Shown piece by piece: positions 10,044 to 19,555 of a stretch of 64,000 nt of DNA. How positions within the stretch are numbered: position 1 is the first letter of the stretch; each line of letters begins with the position of its first letter. Source of the DNA: Candidatus Sulfomarinibacteraceae bacterium. Its GTDB lineage: Bacteria > Acidobacteriota > Thermoanaerobaculia > Thermoanaerobaculales > Sulfomarinibacteraceae. The stretch lies in NCBI GenBank assembly GCA_963796455.1, contig CAWCLO010000004.1, positions 608,001-672,000 of the forward strand, in the 5' to 3' direction. The position numbers were made by a program, and so were the translations under genes. The notes beneath the pieces are model-generated. The model saw nothing but the letters and a program-made list of their open reading frames with translations. It searched no databases and was not told the DNA's origin.

Positions 10044-10970
10044 TCATGCCTCCCTGATGGTGGGAGGAGGATCCTCGATCCCGTAGACATGTGCGGGCCC
10101 CAGCGACCCGGGGAACCGTTCGCGGAGGACGGTTCGGGCTTTGTAACAGAGGTGGCAGGCATCCACATAGCTGTCCTCGTGCGGGAGGTCGAAGCGACGA
10201 ACCAGCTCCGCGGGGCCGCCTTCCACCAAGGCGCTGATGATGGGGTGGGTGTGGGGATCGTAGAGATCGAGCATTTCGCTCAGCGAGGAGTCCGTTTCCA
10301 GATTCCCGAGCAGGAGGCCTTGGCACAGATGAACGTTACCCCAACCGTCCACGTGAACCCGCCCGGGGTCGATGAAATCCTCGTCGGGACACTGGTCGAA
10401 CTCAGACCACGGCCGGCGCGGCAGATCGGCCGTGAGGTTGACCGCGGCGCGGCCGCGGAAACGCACCGAACCGCCGATGATGGGCAGGCCCTTCTCGTCG
10501 GGAGATTCACACACGGCTGGAGGATCAATCGTGATGACCACGTCGTCGAGCCCCAGTTCCTTGGCCGCCTCAACTGCATAACCCGGCCTCGGGTCTTCAA
10601 TATCTCCCGCGTGAAAGGTGTCGGATGAGACGCTGAGGTTTCCGACCTCGAGCTCGCCAAATGGTTTGAGCCAGAGGGCGGCATCCGGTTTCGCCGTGGC
10701 CCAGTAGCAGTTGCTCACCACACCGGTGGAAAAACCGCGTTCTCTGGCCAGCCGGATTCCTTCCAGCAGCAGTGGGTAGAAGAGAAAGGGCTCTCCGCCC
10801 TCGAAGTAGATGTTGTCGATGGTGCCCAGTTCTGCGGCCTGATCGAGCACGTCGGTCATGGTCTCGAGAGAGATGGTGCCGCCGGCACGGGGGCTCGACC
10901 AAACAAAACAGTGATCGCACTCATGGGTGCATTGATAGCTGAGCAGGAAGTGGATTCCGGTCAAGGGCAT
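10044..10970 (-). CDS. Radical SAM protein
   Basis: CTHECDHC, FEGGEPFL, C-terminal Cys motifs including CHLC. Confidence 0.92.
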   Translation of the reverse strand: MPLTGIHFLLSYQCTHECDHCFVWSSPRAGGTISLETMTDVLDQAAELGTIDNIYFEGGEPFLFYPLLLEGIRLARERGFSTGVVSNCYWATAKPDAALWLKPFGELEVGNLSVSSDTFHAGDIEDPRPGYAVEAAKELGLDDVVITIDPPAVCESPDEKGLPIIGGSVRFRGRAAVNLTADLPRRPWSEFDQCPDEDFIDPGRVHVDGWGNVHLCQGLLLGNLETDSSLSEMLDLYDPHTHPIISALVEGGPAELVRRFDLPHEDSYVDACHLCYKARTVLRERFPGSLGPAHVYGIEDPPPTIREA

Positions 10971-10997
10971 CGTCGCCTCCCGATCCCTGTCATACGG

Positions 10998-11746
10998 TCA
11001 TTGATCGAACCCGAACAACACACTCTGGATCGGCCGGGTGAGGATGGCGCCCTGCCGAAGACCGAGGTAGAGACCGCGCGGCTCCGGGTTTTCTCTGCGG
11101 TGGATTTTGGCTTCTTCTTCTGACCAGAAGAAGACACTCTTCATTCAAAAATCGTCCACGATGCACGGAGACTCGAGGTCGGGTAGATTGATGAGCGGTA
11201 TCACGAAGAGCGGCTTTTCCGCCGGCGGGTGCACCGTGAATCGAAGCTCGCTGTCGAGCTCGAAATGGATCGGCCGGCCGCTGACCGAACACTCGGATTC
11301 GATCTTGAACCTCAGATCTTTTTCCAACAGTCGCCCTTGCACGAAGGGCGTCGCCATGGCGTCGGCCGCTCAAGCGGCCGAGAAGGCGGCACCTCCGTCG
11401 ACCCGGACTTGATGGGGCGTTTCGTCCGAGGTCACCGGGTAGGCCCAGTTGACGTCCTCGCCGCCGCGCCGGCAGAGAAAGGTCATCCGCCGTTCAAGCT
11501 CGTCGAGGATCTGCAGCACTTCCTCGAGCGGCAGATCGAGCTCTGTCGCGAAGACCTCTGGAGCGATGGCTTCCAGCCGGCGCGGGATCTCGCGCACCGC
11601 AAAGTGCTGCACCCGGCGCTGATCGGGTTCGAGGGTCGGGCGGCTTCGCGAGCTTTTTGGTGTCGCGTTTGACCATCGGGCGGAAGATGAACTCGGGTAC
11701 CGGGCAACATTCGTTTTCCGATTCCGAGAAAGACTCGTTCGAACAT
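10998..11746 (-). CDS. MerB (alkylmercury lyase)-like protein, candidate di-selenoprotein; two apparent +1 frameshifts near the N-terminus
   Basis: One frame 11640-10998: WAYPVT..TPH...AA-TGA-AADA...SECSVSGRPI...DDF-TGA-MKSVFFWSEEEA; RBS GAGGAGG before ATG 11746. Confidence 0.75.
11114..11133 (-). promoter_or_regulatory. Candidate bacterial SECIS for TGA 11145-11147
   Basis: CUUCUUCU-GGUC-AGAAGAAG; stem starts after 11 nt 3' of UGA. Confidence 0.65.
11332..11350 (-). promoter_or_regulatory. Candidate bacterial SECIS for TGA 11370-11372
   Basis: CGCCCUU-CGUGC-AAGGGCG; stem starts after 19 nt 3' of UGA. Confidence 0.55.
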
Positions 11747-11756
11747 CGCTGCCTCC

Positions 11757-12656
11757 TCAGTGCACCGCGGCGTTGAATTTGACCCCGGCGAGATCCGGCG
11801 GATGCCCTGCCGATAGCGATACTTCGGATAGCCGAGGATGAGTGAGGTCAGGACCCGGTGGTCCTCTGGGATGCCGTACCGGCGCGAAGCTCCTTGGACC
11901 GCTCCACAACCGGCGGGATCATCCCGATGATGGTGGTGCCGAGACCGAGGGAGAGCGGCGGCCAGCATGGCGTGGTGGCACACCAGATGCGCGTTTTCCC
12001 CGTACGACGCTGTCCGAACGATTGGCGTGGAAGATCATCAGCGCCGGCGCACCGTACAGATATCGATCCGAGCCATCCTCCCGGTACGACTGATTGGCGC
12101 GGGTAGCCGAATCCACCACATGGTCGCGAAGCTCGCCGTACACTTCAGGGCCGGTCATGAGGCGGATAACGGCGCGCCCGATGGGGGTGGCGAAGTTCTT
12201 GACCATGCCTTCGTAATGCTCGACCAGAGCTCGGAGCAGAAAATCCAACTCGCCGGGCTCGTCGATGACCACCACCTCGGTGGTGTGGGGCGGGAAACCC
12301 ATGGGCGCGGTCGCCGCAGCAGTGAGGATCTTGTCGATGTTCTCCCGAGCGACGGGTTTGTCCTTGAAGAGGCGAACGCTGCGCCGTGTTCGCAAGAAAT
12401 CGTGAAATTGTTCGAAACCGAAGACCGGCTTTTGGAGCCGATCAAAGTCCGCGTCAGGGATTGTCCGCAGCTGCAGCGCCTCGGTGGGGCAGACTGCCAC
12501 GCACTGGCCGCAGACGATGCAGGTCTCGGCGCGGCCCTCCACCGTTGACGCCTTTTCCTCGACCATTTCAATAGCGCCCTTGGGGCAGACCTCCGCACAC
12601 AAACCATCGCCGTTGCAGTTTTCGGTGTCGACAACATGCAATTGCTTGACCATCAT
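11757..12656 (-). pseudogene. Ferredoxin-nitroreductase fusion, frameshifted (about 4 indels in the 3' third)
   Basis: CNGDGLCAEVCP and CIVCGQCVAVCP; RRSVRLF; C-terminal pieces (LGLGTTIIG, YGIPEDH..LGYP, DLAGVKF) lie in alternating frames. Confidence 0.8.
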
Positions 12657-12703
12657 TCACCCCGTTTTCCGACCTGTGCGTCTCAATGGGCGCGATGTAC
12701 AGA

Positions 12704-13562
12704 TCACGTCTTTTCTGCGTGCACGATACGTTCAATGGCCATCCAGCCGAGCTCGCGGCCGGTGGGTTGCACATAACGTTCGTCGAGTTCGTCGTAGCCC
12801 AGATGCTCCACAGTTTTCCACCCGTACTCGCCAACGAAGACATCGATCAACTCCGGTCTTATGCCGTAATGCCATATGGGGTCTTTCCCACGCATCTTCG
12901 AATAGAGATAGTCGTGGCCATATGTGTTGCTGCCGTCGATGAAGTCTTGAGGGACATAGGTGAAGACCAGCCGACTCCCTTTGGGTGCGGTGGAGAGGAA
13001 AGTCGAACGTGGCCCGGATCCCGGGCTCGCTCACATACTGGGTGACTCCCTCGAGAATGAAAAATGTCACGAGATCCGCCGCGTACCCCTCTGAAGCCAG
13101 GACGTCTTCCAAGTCCTGATGATCGAAGTCGATGGGGACCAACGTCACGTGATTGGGAACCTCGCCGAAGATGGTGCGCAGCCTCGACCATTTCAGAGCG
13201 ATGTTCTGCTTCTGATCGACCTCCCATACCGCAGCCTCGGTGAGGGCCGGATGCCTGACAGATCGGGTGTCGAACCCGGCACCGAGGTTGACCACCGCCC
13301 GGGGCCTGATGCCGGTGATCAGGTCGTCAATATAACGTTTCCGGGCCATGATGCCGCCCCACAGACCCGGGACGTTGCTCTCGCTCTTGCGAACGATGGC
13401 GTTCTTGAAAGGAGCAAGCACACGGACCCAGAACCGCGAGCCGAGTGGAAGGACCCGATAGGCCAGGTCGTCGGTGAGGATGCGCTCGTTGTCGGGGAAA
13501 CTCTGCTCGAGGGCCACCAACACCATGGCCCCGGGTCCAGTCTGTGCCGCTTTGCGTGTCAT
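12704..13562 (-). pseudogene. Leucine-carboxyl-methyltransferase-like SAM methyltransferase, one +1 frameshift near 12999
   Basis: ARKRYIDD, NLGAGFDTR, WEVDQ, LEGVTQY; continues STAPKGSRLVFTY in the next frame. Confidence 0.82.
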
Positions 13563-13687
13563 GGTGACCCCTCTGTGTGGTACGCGACCGTCTGGTTGGA
13601 GTTCTCGGACGGAATGTCAACTCGGAAATTTCTCGGACGAAACATGAACCAGAGGATGCAGTCCGCGCACTCGATTGAATCCGGCGG

Positions 13688-13882
13688 TCAGGCGAATTTG
13701 CCCGGCGGAAAGCTGTACTTCTCGGTGAGCGATTTTTTCTCTTCGTCGGTGAGCGATGCCATATAGCTTTTCCACCCGGGGCAGAAGTTGGCGTGCCAAC
13801 GCCACAGGCGCCCCAGGAAGGACTTCGGCTCCAGTTCGTATTTGGCGCGAAAGGAGCAGGTCGCGCATCCGCTTTCGCTCAT
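13688..13882 (-). CDS. Small CxxC-containing hypothetical protein
   Basis: 64 aa, CATC...WRWHANFCPGW; AAGGAGG RBS. Confidence 0.75.
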   Translation of the reverse strand: MSESGCATCSFRAKYELEPKSFLGRLWRWHANFCPGWKSYMASLTDEEKKSLTEKYSFPPGKFA

Positions 13883-13943
13883 CGGGTCCTCCTTTTCAGT
13901 GGTCGAAACGAATCTTCGATACCCTGGAATTTGTATTACCTCA

Positions 13944-13987
13944 GGGAGCCATCAGGGTGCCACAAATCGCTTTTCCTCATTGTTGGC
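13944..13987. repeat. Doubled core plus type B left arm
   Basis: GGGAGCCATCAGGGTGCCACAAATCGCTTTTCCTCATTGTTGGC. Confidence 0.75.
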
Positions 13988-14026
13988 GTCCATCGTGCCA
14001 TAGCTCGGTCTGGGCTGCCGTGTGGG

Positions 14027-14323
14027 TCATGTCGAATCTCTCGGAGTGCGGGTGTCGTCTGCCGGAGTGCACAGTATTTCGTCCCACACCGTGTGCTCAA
14101 CCAGACCGAATTCTCGAAGAGCCATGGCCAGGTGAGCCGCGAGGGTGCTCGGTCCGTCGCCGCGAATGTGCACGGCCACATCGGTGTCGAGCCCGTGGCG
14201 ACGGAAGAGCGTGGCCACCCGGGTACGGTTGCCCTCTGCCCAGATCGACTCGCGGATGCGATCGGCCAGGGACCTGATGGGTTCGCCGGACGAACGAAGG
14301 TGAACAATCTCGAGGGTGCTCAT
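14027..14323 (-). CDS. Hypothetical protein
   Basis: 98 aa with AGGAAGGA RBS directly after the upstream gene; FGLVEHTVW. Confidence 0.65.
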   Translation of the reverse strand: MSTLEIVHLRSSGEPIRSLADRIRESIWAEGNRTRVATLFRRHGLDTDVAVHIRGDGPSTLAAHLAMALREFGLVEHTVWDEILCTPADDTRTPRDST

Positions 14324-14337
14324 CTTGTCCTTCCTGA

Positions 14338-15021
14338 CTACCAGACCCGCGGAATCAGACGATGCGGGACCTGTTCCATGTATTCCGGGTAACCCGGCAG
14401 ATTCTCGCGGAGATGCTTCTCTTCGATGAGGATTCGGGCGACCAACGGGGCCGCCGCCAATGGCAGCAGGATCGCGGCCGCAACGCTTCCGAGCCAGAGT
14501 GCCAGCCCGGCAAGGAACAGGAGATATCCGAGGTAGAGGGGATGGCGAATTCCGCCGTAGGGTCCGCTGTCGATTACGATCTGGTGGCGCTCAGATTGGT
14601 CGCCGACGATGGGCGCCGCGTAGGGGTTCTGCCACACCGTGACGATCATGAGGCCGTAGCCGGTGAGTCCCAACACAACCCCGAAGATCGAGAGCCACAT
14701 CGGCGGAAACGGAAGAAGATGCAGGCGGTGCACATCAACCGCGATGAACACGAACCAGGCGAGATTCAGGATCGCGAAGCAAAGAGAAACGATCTTGTCG
14801 GCAGTCGGCTGGTCGGTTGCCGCTCCCCGCTTGACCCGGGCCTCGAGGGAGGCTGGGGCCCAGCGAGCGAGGGCGGCGATGCAGATGATCGATAGAAGCC
14901 CGAAAACCGCGAGGAACTGGAGGGCACGGGGCCAGCGCAGGGTTCCGGCGGGGATCAGCAAAAGCGCGGCGAAAAGACTGGTCTGAAACATCGAACGCAC
15001 GAGACCGCGGAGCATCAGCAT
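14338..15021 (-). CDS. Isoprenylcysteine carboxyl methyltransferase family membrane protein
   Basis: Multiple TMs; GPYGGIRHPLY, RILIEEKHL, RLIPRVW. Confidence 0.88.
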   Translation of the reverse strand: MLMLRGLVRSMFQTSLFAALLLIPAGTLRWPRALQFLAVFGLLSIICIAALARWAPASLEARVKRGAATDQPTADKIVSLCFAILNLAWFVFIAVDVHRLHLLPFPPMWLSIFGVVLGLTGYGLMIVTVWQNPYAAPIVGDQSERHQIVIDSGPYGGIRHPLYLGYLLFLAGLALWLGSVAAAILLPLAAAPLVARILIEEKHLRENLPGYPEYMEQVPHRLIPRVW

Positions 15022-15062
15022 GAGGGCCCTCTTGCGACAGGATTCCACGATACCAGAAGGCA

Positions 15063-16571
15063 CTATCGCAGCCTGGGAAGGGCGCGCGCCGACGGTGTGA
15101 CGGCGCAGCCTCCTCTGGCGGTGCACCGAAGCTCGCCGGGCAGGGCTTTGCCGACCTCATAGGAAGCGTCGATGGCCTCGTCCAGCGGGATCGGGTTGGT
15201 GTAGCCACCGAGGATGAGATCAGCGCAGGTGAAGGCGCTGGAGGCGGCCACCGCGTTGCGGGTGTGGCAGGGGACCTCGCAGGTACCGGCGACCGGGTCG
15301 CAGGGAGAGCCCATGGTGTTCTGAAGCGAAATGGCGGCGGCATCGGCGGCCTTCCGGGCACTCCCGCCGGCCGCCTCCACGACCGCCGCAGCAGCCATGG
15401 CGCCGGCCACGCCGATCTCCACCTGACAGCCGGCGATCTCGGCTGCAAAGGTGGCTCGTTTGGCAACGATGAGTCCAATTGCCGACGCCGCAAACAGGGC
15501 GAGCGCGGTCTGCCGGCGCGCCAAACCTCTCTCTTTCACCAGGCTGACGACAACGCCGGGCAAGGTTCCGGCCGAACCCCCGGTCGGCGCCGCGCAGACC
15601 ACGCCCCGGCTGTTGCAGTGGTGCATCACCGCCAGGGCGCGGGCGGCAGCGCGGGTGTGAATTCCGCCGATGGCCACCGTCCCACGGCTCTCGGCCTCGA
15701 GGACTCCGGAGGCGGTTGGTTGCAGCAGCAGCATGTCCGATCGCTGGTCATCGAGACCGGAGGCCACGGCTCGCTCCATGACCTCGTAACGACGCAGCAT
15801 CTCCTCGACCGCTTCCTCGTCTGTCATGCCGAGCAGCTCGCACTCGAAAACCAGGGCTGTCTCGCCGAGCGAGAGATCGCGGTTTTCGGCCAGCGCCACC
15901 ATTCCGTGGCCACTCTCGATGAGATTCTTGCCCTTCTCGACGTAAAAGACCGGTGCGGCGGTCCACGTCCGTTTTGCGCTCGGAATATCCGAAACCTGGG
16001 GAGCCGGGCTGATCGAAGTCAGCAGAACGGTCTCACCATCCTCCTGGCGGGTTGCGTCCACCAGGAGGTCGGCAACGGCAGACTCCTCGGCGCGACCGAC
16101 CTCTGCCAGCACAATGTATGTCTTTCCATCGAAATCGATAACCCAATCGTTGCAGCGGATGAGACGGATTCCTCCTCCTCCAACGGCCTCAGCCACCACT
16201 CGCAGCACCCTCCCGACGGCATCTTCGACCTCGATCAACATGCCATTCGGATGGTCGGTGTGATCGAGCGGGGCGATCGCGAAGTCGACCGTGAGCCCGG
16301 CGTTCGTCGCTCGTTCGAGGGTTGCACGGTAGTGCTCGTCGAGCATCGACCAACCCATGAGCCCAGCGGTGAAGGCGAGGTCTACCCCGAGCGGTTTCCA
16401 GGTCGGCGCCATGGAGCCCCTGGGGTCGAAGACCACCCGCGCTCTCGCCGGTGTGTCCCCAAACAGATCGCGTACCAACAAACCGATCCGATGGGCGCCG
16501 GCTGTGTGTGAGCTCGACGGGCCGCGCATCACCGGTCCGATCACATCATTGAAAATGCTGATAAAGGCCAC
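15063..16571 (-). CDS. sdaA: Fe-S L-serine ammonia-lyase, fused beta+alpha
   Basis: GPVMRGPSSSHTAG; AAPTGGSAG; GCQVEIG; CDPVAG..PC; CTARGG. Confidence 0.88.
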   Translation of the reverse strand: MAFISIFNDVIGPVMRGPSSSHTAGAHRIGLLVRDLFGDTPARARVVFDPRGSMAPTWKPLGVDLAFTAGLMGWSMLDEHYRATLERATNAGLTVDFAIAPLDHTDHPNGMLIEVEDAVGRVLRVVAEAVGGGGIRLIRCNDWVIDFDGKTYIVLAEVGRAEESAVADLLVDATRQEDGETVLLTSISPAPQVSDIPSAKRTWTAAPVFYVEKGKNLIESGHGMVALAENRDLSLGETALVFECELLGMTDEEAVEEMLRRYEVMERAVASGLDDQRSDMLLLQPTASGVLEAESRGTVAIGGIHTRAAARALAVMHHCNSRGVVCAAPTGGSAGTLPGVVVSLVKERGLARRQTALALFAASAIGLIVAKRATFAAEIAGCQVEIGVAGAMAAAAVVEAAGGSARKAADAAAISLQNTMGSPCDPVAGTCEVPCHTRNAVAASSAFTCADLILGGYTNPIPLDEAIDASYEVGKALPGELRCTARGGCAVTPSARALPRLR

Positions 16572-16601
16572 GCCCGATGATAAGCCAACCTACAGAAGGG
16601 A

Positions 16602-16610
16602 GGGTGCCGC
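16602..16610. repeat. Single left core GGGTGCCGC
   Basis: In the 78-bp spacer between sdaA and the S41 peptidase. Confidence 0.5.
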
Positions 16611-16649
16611 TACGCTGCCGAGTTCAAAACTCCCCAGTTGTGCGGCCCT

Positions 16650-17966
16650 TCAGTCTCGGGTGTGCGTGTCGAGGGTTCCCTCTGGGGTGAGGCCTTCGAC
16701 GGCGACGACCCTGTCGCCCTCTCTGAAAAATCTGAGGCGGAACCAGTCGGGCTCATCGAACATGAAAAGATCCGGCCCCATTGGGATCATCTTCATCTTG
16801 TCTCGGTCCCGTCGCTGGTAGAACAACGAGCCGTCCTCGAACGTGATAGTCCGTGGACCGTAGATCCCGACATAGGCTTGCAGCGCCTCTTCGTCCGGTT
16901 TTGCGGGGTGGAGGGCGTAGTCATAGACGTCGTGGTGCCAGGCGTGAAAAGCATTTGCGTAGGACGACCCCTCCCTTTCTGCCAAGCTCGCGCTGGCCAG
17001 GGCCAGTGCCGTCTTCAGCGTCATGTCACCAGACGCGGGGACATCGGGCTCGACGCCGACCTCTTCCCAGTTGGATTTCGTGACGGGGTTGACGGCGCGC
17101 GCAAAAGGAAGACTCATCATGTATCGGTCGGTGAGGACAACGAATCTGTTGTCGTGGGCGCCACCACCCGTGGTTTCGCCGACGATTACGGCCCGGTCCA
17201 TGCTTTTGAGGTTGTAGGCGAACTCTTCAGCGGCCGAAAAGGTGTTATTGCTCGTCAGAACGAAGAGTTCGACCTCATCCAACCTTCTGCCGGGAAGAAA
17301 GGTGTAGGTCCAGTATTGGGTCAACTTCTGCGGGTCCTTGTAGGTGAAGGAGTTGAGGTGCTTGCGGGGGTTTCCCAAGAAGTAACTACAGAGGAATTGG
17401 ACCATTTCCGGCGAACCGCCGCCATTGGACCGGAGGTCCAGAACCAGCGCCTCGATATTGCTCAAGAGACTCATCGCGCCGATGGCCACCTCGTACGCCG
17501 CCTCTTCATAACTGAACGAGTCCAGCTTCATGTACCCGATATTGCCGGGAAGGATCTCGACCTTTTGAAAACCGTAGTTGGCGGCTCGGTTCCGCCACTT
17601 CGAGCGCGCGATCGCCGCCTCGTCGAGATCCTTCCGGTTTCTTTCCTCGCTGACCCATTCCGGGTTGAACTGAACCTGGAGATGCCGGTCCTTATGGATG
17701 CTCGCGAGGTCCTCGGTGATCGCAGCGGCGAATGCCTCTGGATCCTGGATATCGTCGTAGGTCCCGGAGCGAAGATTTTCCCTGAGTGTTTGCACATACC
17801 GGTCACTGATGTCGGCAAATATGTACTCGCGCTCCAGGTGGCCGCAGACGCTTTCGATCACGGCGGCCTTTTCCACGGATCCCACGACTGCGTCAGGGTT
17901 CTCTTGACTGGAGAGCGGTTGGCAAACAAAGGCCAGAAGGACCGCTACCTCGAGGATTCGTCGCAT
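16650..17966 (-). CDS. S41 family peptidase, secreted
   Basis: DRHL, GNIGYMK, LDLRSNGGG, TFSAAEEF, GETTGGGA, GVEPD. Confidence 0.92.
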   Translation of the reverse strand: MRRILEVAVLLAFVCQPLSSQENPDAVVGSVEKAAVIESVCGHLEREYIFADISDRYVQTLRENLRSGTYDDIQDPEAFAAAITEDLASIHKDRHLQVQFNPEWVSEERNRKDLDEAAIARSKWRNRAANYGFQKVEILPGNIGYMKLDSFSYEEAAYEVAIGAMSLLSNIEALVLDLRSNGGGSPEMVQFLCSYFLGNPRKHLNSFTYKDPQKLTQYWTYTFLPGRRLDEVELFVLTSNNTFSAAEEFAYNLKSMDRAVIVGETTGGGAHDNRFVVLTDRYMMSLPFARAVNPVTKSNWEEVGVEPDVPASGDMTLKTALALASASLAEREGSSYANAFHAWHHDVYDYALHPAKPDEEALQAYVGIYGPRTITFEDGSLFYQRRDRDKMKMIPMGPDLFMFDEPDWFRLRFFREGDRVVAVEGLTPEGTLDTHTRD

Positions 17967-18118
17967 CACTGTGCCTCCTTCCGATCGCTGTGCGGTCCGG
18001 GGAGCTGCCACCGTCCACATAGTCCACGGTACGTCGGTGAGGCCACCGGGGTTTCCCAAATCTCAAGATCTCATCCGCAATCAGGAAACGAAGGAGGTCG
18101 ATCTACGACGAAACCTTG

Positions 18119-18179
18119 GGGTGCCCCATTTGGAGTCACGTGGGACTTGGGCGCCTTATGGTGGCGCCCATGCACCGAT
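18119..18179. repeat. GGGTGCCCC...GTGGCGCCC element
   Basis: Cores at 18119 and 18161, internal GGGCGCC, trailing ATGCACCGAT. Confidence 0.65.
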
Positions 18180-18235
18180 TGTATTTGTTAATCTGTGTCG
18201 CGGTTCGACCCAAATCCAAATTGCATAGGTGAAAC

Positions 18236-18781
18236 ATGCTGACCAAATATGCTCTTGCCGTGGCCCTGATATTCGGTGTGCCTCTTTTCTGTACCGCGCA
18301 GGAAACACCAGCTCCGATGCCGATTGAATTGGAGGTGTTGAAGGCGTCCATCGGAGTTTGGGACGCTGAAATCGAAGTCTGGCCGGCCGGACCGGATTCG
18401 TCCCCGATCACCTTCAACGGCGTGGAAACGAATCGACCGTACGGCGAGCACTGGATCGCATCCGACTTCGATTTCGAAAATATGGGGCAGACCATGAGAA
18501 TCCATTCCATTGTCGGGTACGACCTGGACAAAAAGAAATTGGTCGGCACGATCATTGACCATGGCCCCTACGCGGCGACAATGATCGGAGATTACGATGT
18601 CGAGTCAAAGACCGTCCATTGGATTACGGAAGCCAAGGATTTGGATGGAAAACCAATGGTACAGAAGACAATGGTTACCCAGAAAAGCGCCAACGAACGT
18701 GTGCTCGTTTTGGTGGTGCCTGGCGAAGAGCGCGACGATTTCAAGAAATTCATGCAGATCAGATTCGTGAAGCGGAAATGA
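18236..18781 (+). CDS. DUF1579-like secreted protein
   Basis: Signal peptide; IGVWDAE...G.ETN...GYD..KKK..GT.ID. Confidence 0.75.
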   Translation: MLTKYALAVALIFGVPLFCTAQETPAPMPIELEVLKASIGVWDAEIEVWPAGPDSSPITFNGVETNRPYGEHWIASDFDFENMGQTMRIHSIVGYDLDKKKLVGTIIDHGPYAATMIGDYDVESKTVHWITEAKDLDGKPMVQKTMVTQKSANERVLVLVVPGEERDDFKKFMQIRFVKRK

Positions 18782-18785
18782 CCTC

Positions 18786-18865
18786 CATCGGTGCCGGTCA
18801 CAAGACCTCAGAATTTTTGTTCCAGGGGCACCCTTGACCGTCAGTGATTGCGAACGGGGCCACCC
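18786..18865. repeat. Element with A-like left arm and B-like right arm
   Basis: CATCGGTGCCGGTCACAAGACCTCAGA; GGGGCACCC 18825; GTGATTGCGAACGGGGCCACCC. Confidence 0.7.
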
Positions 18866-18906
18866 AAGGATTCCATTGAGTGCTAAGTTCGTGGCCGGAG
18901 GTGCCC

Positions 18907-19251
18907 ATGAAGGTCCAGTATCTCGAGATCGTCACGCCCGATGTCGATGCCGTTTGTGCGACCTACGCCACGCTCCATGGCGTGAGCTTTAGCGAACCAG
19001 ACGCCCGGCTTGGCAACGCCCGTACCGCCTCGTTTCCAGGTGGCGGTCTGCTTGGCGTTCGCGCGCCGATGCACGAGACCGAAGCGCCCGTGGTACGGCC
19101 CTACACATTGGTGGACGACCTCGACGCCGCTGTCGAGGCGGCCAAGGCGGCCGGCGGCGAGATTGCACACCCGCCGATGGAGATTCCGGGGCACGGTCGT
19201 TTCGCGATCTTCATCCGGGGCGGCATCCACCACGGCCTCTGGCAACTCTGA
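18907..19251 (+). CDS. VOC/glyoxalase family protein
   Basis: YLEIVT.DVD; VDDLDAAVEAAKAAGGEIAHPPMEIPGHG. Confidence 0.88.
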   Translation: MKVQYLEIVTPDVDAVCATYATLHGVSFSEPDARLGNARTASFPGGGLLGVRAPMHETEAPVVRPYTLVDDLDAAVEAAKAAGGEIAHPPMEIPGHGRFAIFIRGGIHHGLWQL

Positions 19252-19320
19252 AACGTGATACTCAGGCCAGCTTCTTCTGCAAATAGTCACTGGTCAGGTG
19301 CTTGACCACGTCGACACGAA

Positions 19321-19463
19321 GGGTGCCATTGATAACAACCTCACATCGAGAAGGCCGTCAGAGCGTCAGGTTATTAGGTAGTAATCAGTGGCACCCACAC
19401 GAACTGAGATTTCGATCAGGGGCGATGACCCAGGCTGTGAAGTTGTGATCAATGGCACCGATG
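19321..19463. repeat. Complete type A element (19321-19396) plus extra right arm (19436-19463)
   Basis: GGGTGCCATTGATAACAACCTCACA...TTAGGTAGTAATCAGTGGCACCC; TGTGAAGTTGTGATCAATGGCACCGATG. Confidence 0.85.
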
Positions 19464-19555
19464 CCCCCGCAAAACTCACGTCGTTCATTGTGGTTGTTCG
19501 TGCCTGGGCATCGTATTGACTACCATGAGGAGGGACTCATCCTCTGGAGGTCGCG

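Noticed and set aside
18897..18906. GGAGGTGCCC as an element core
   Set aside because: It is the ribosome-binding site of the VOC gene and has no arm.
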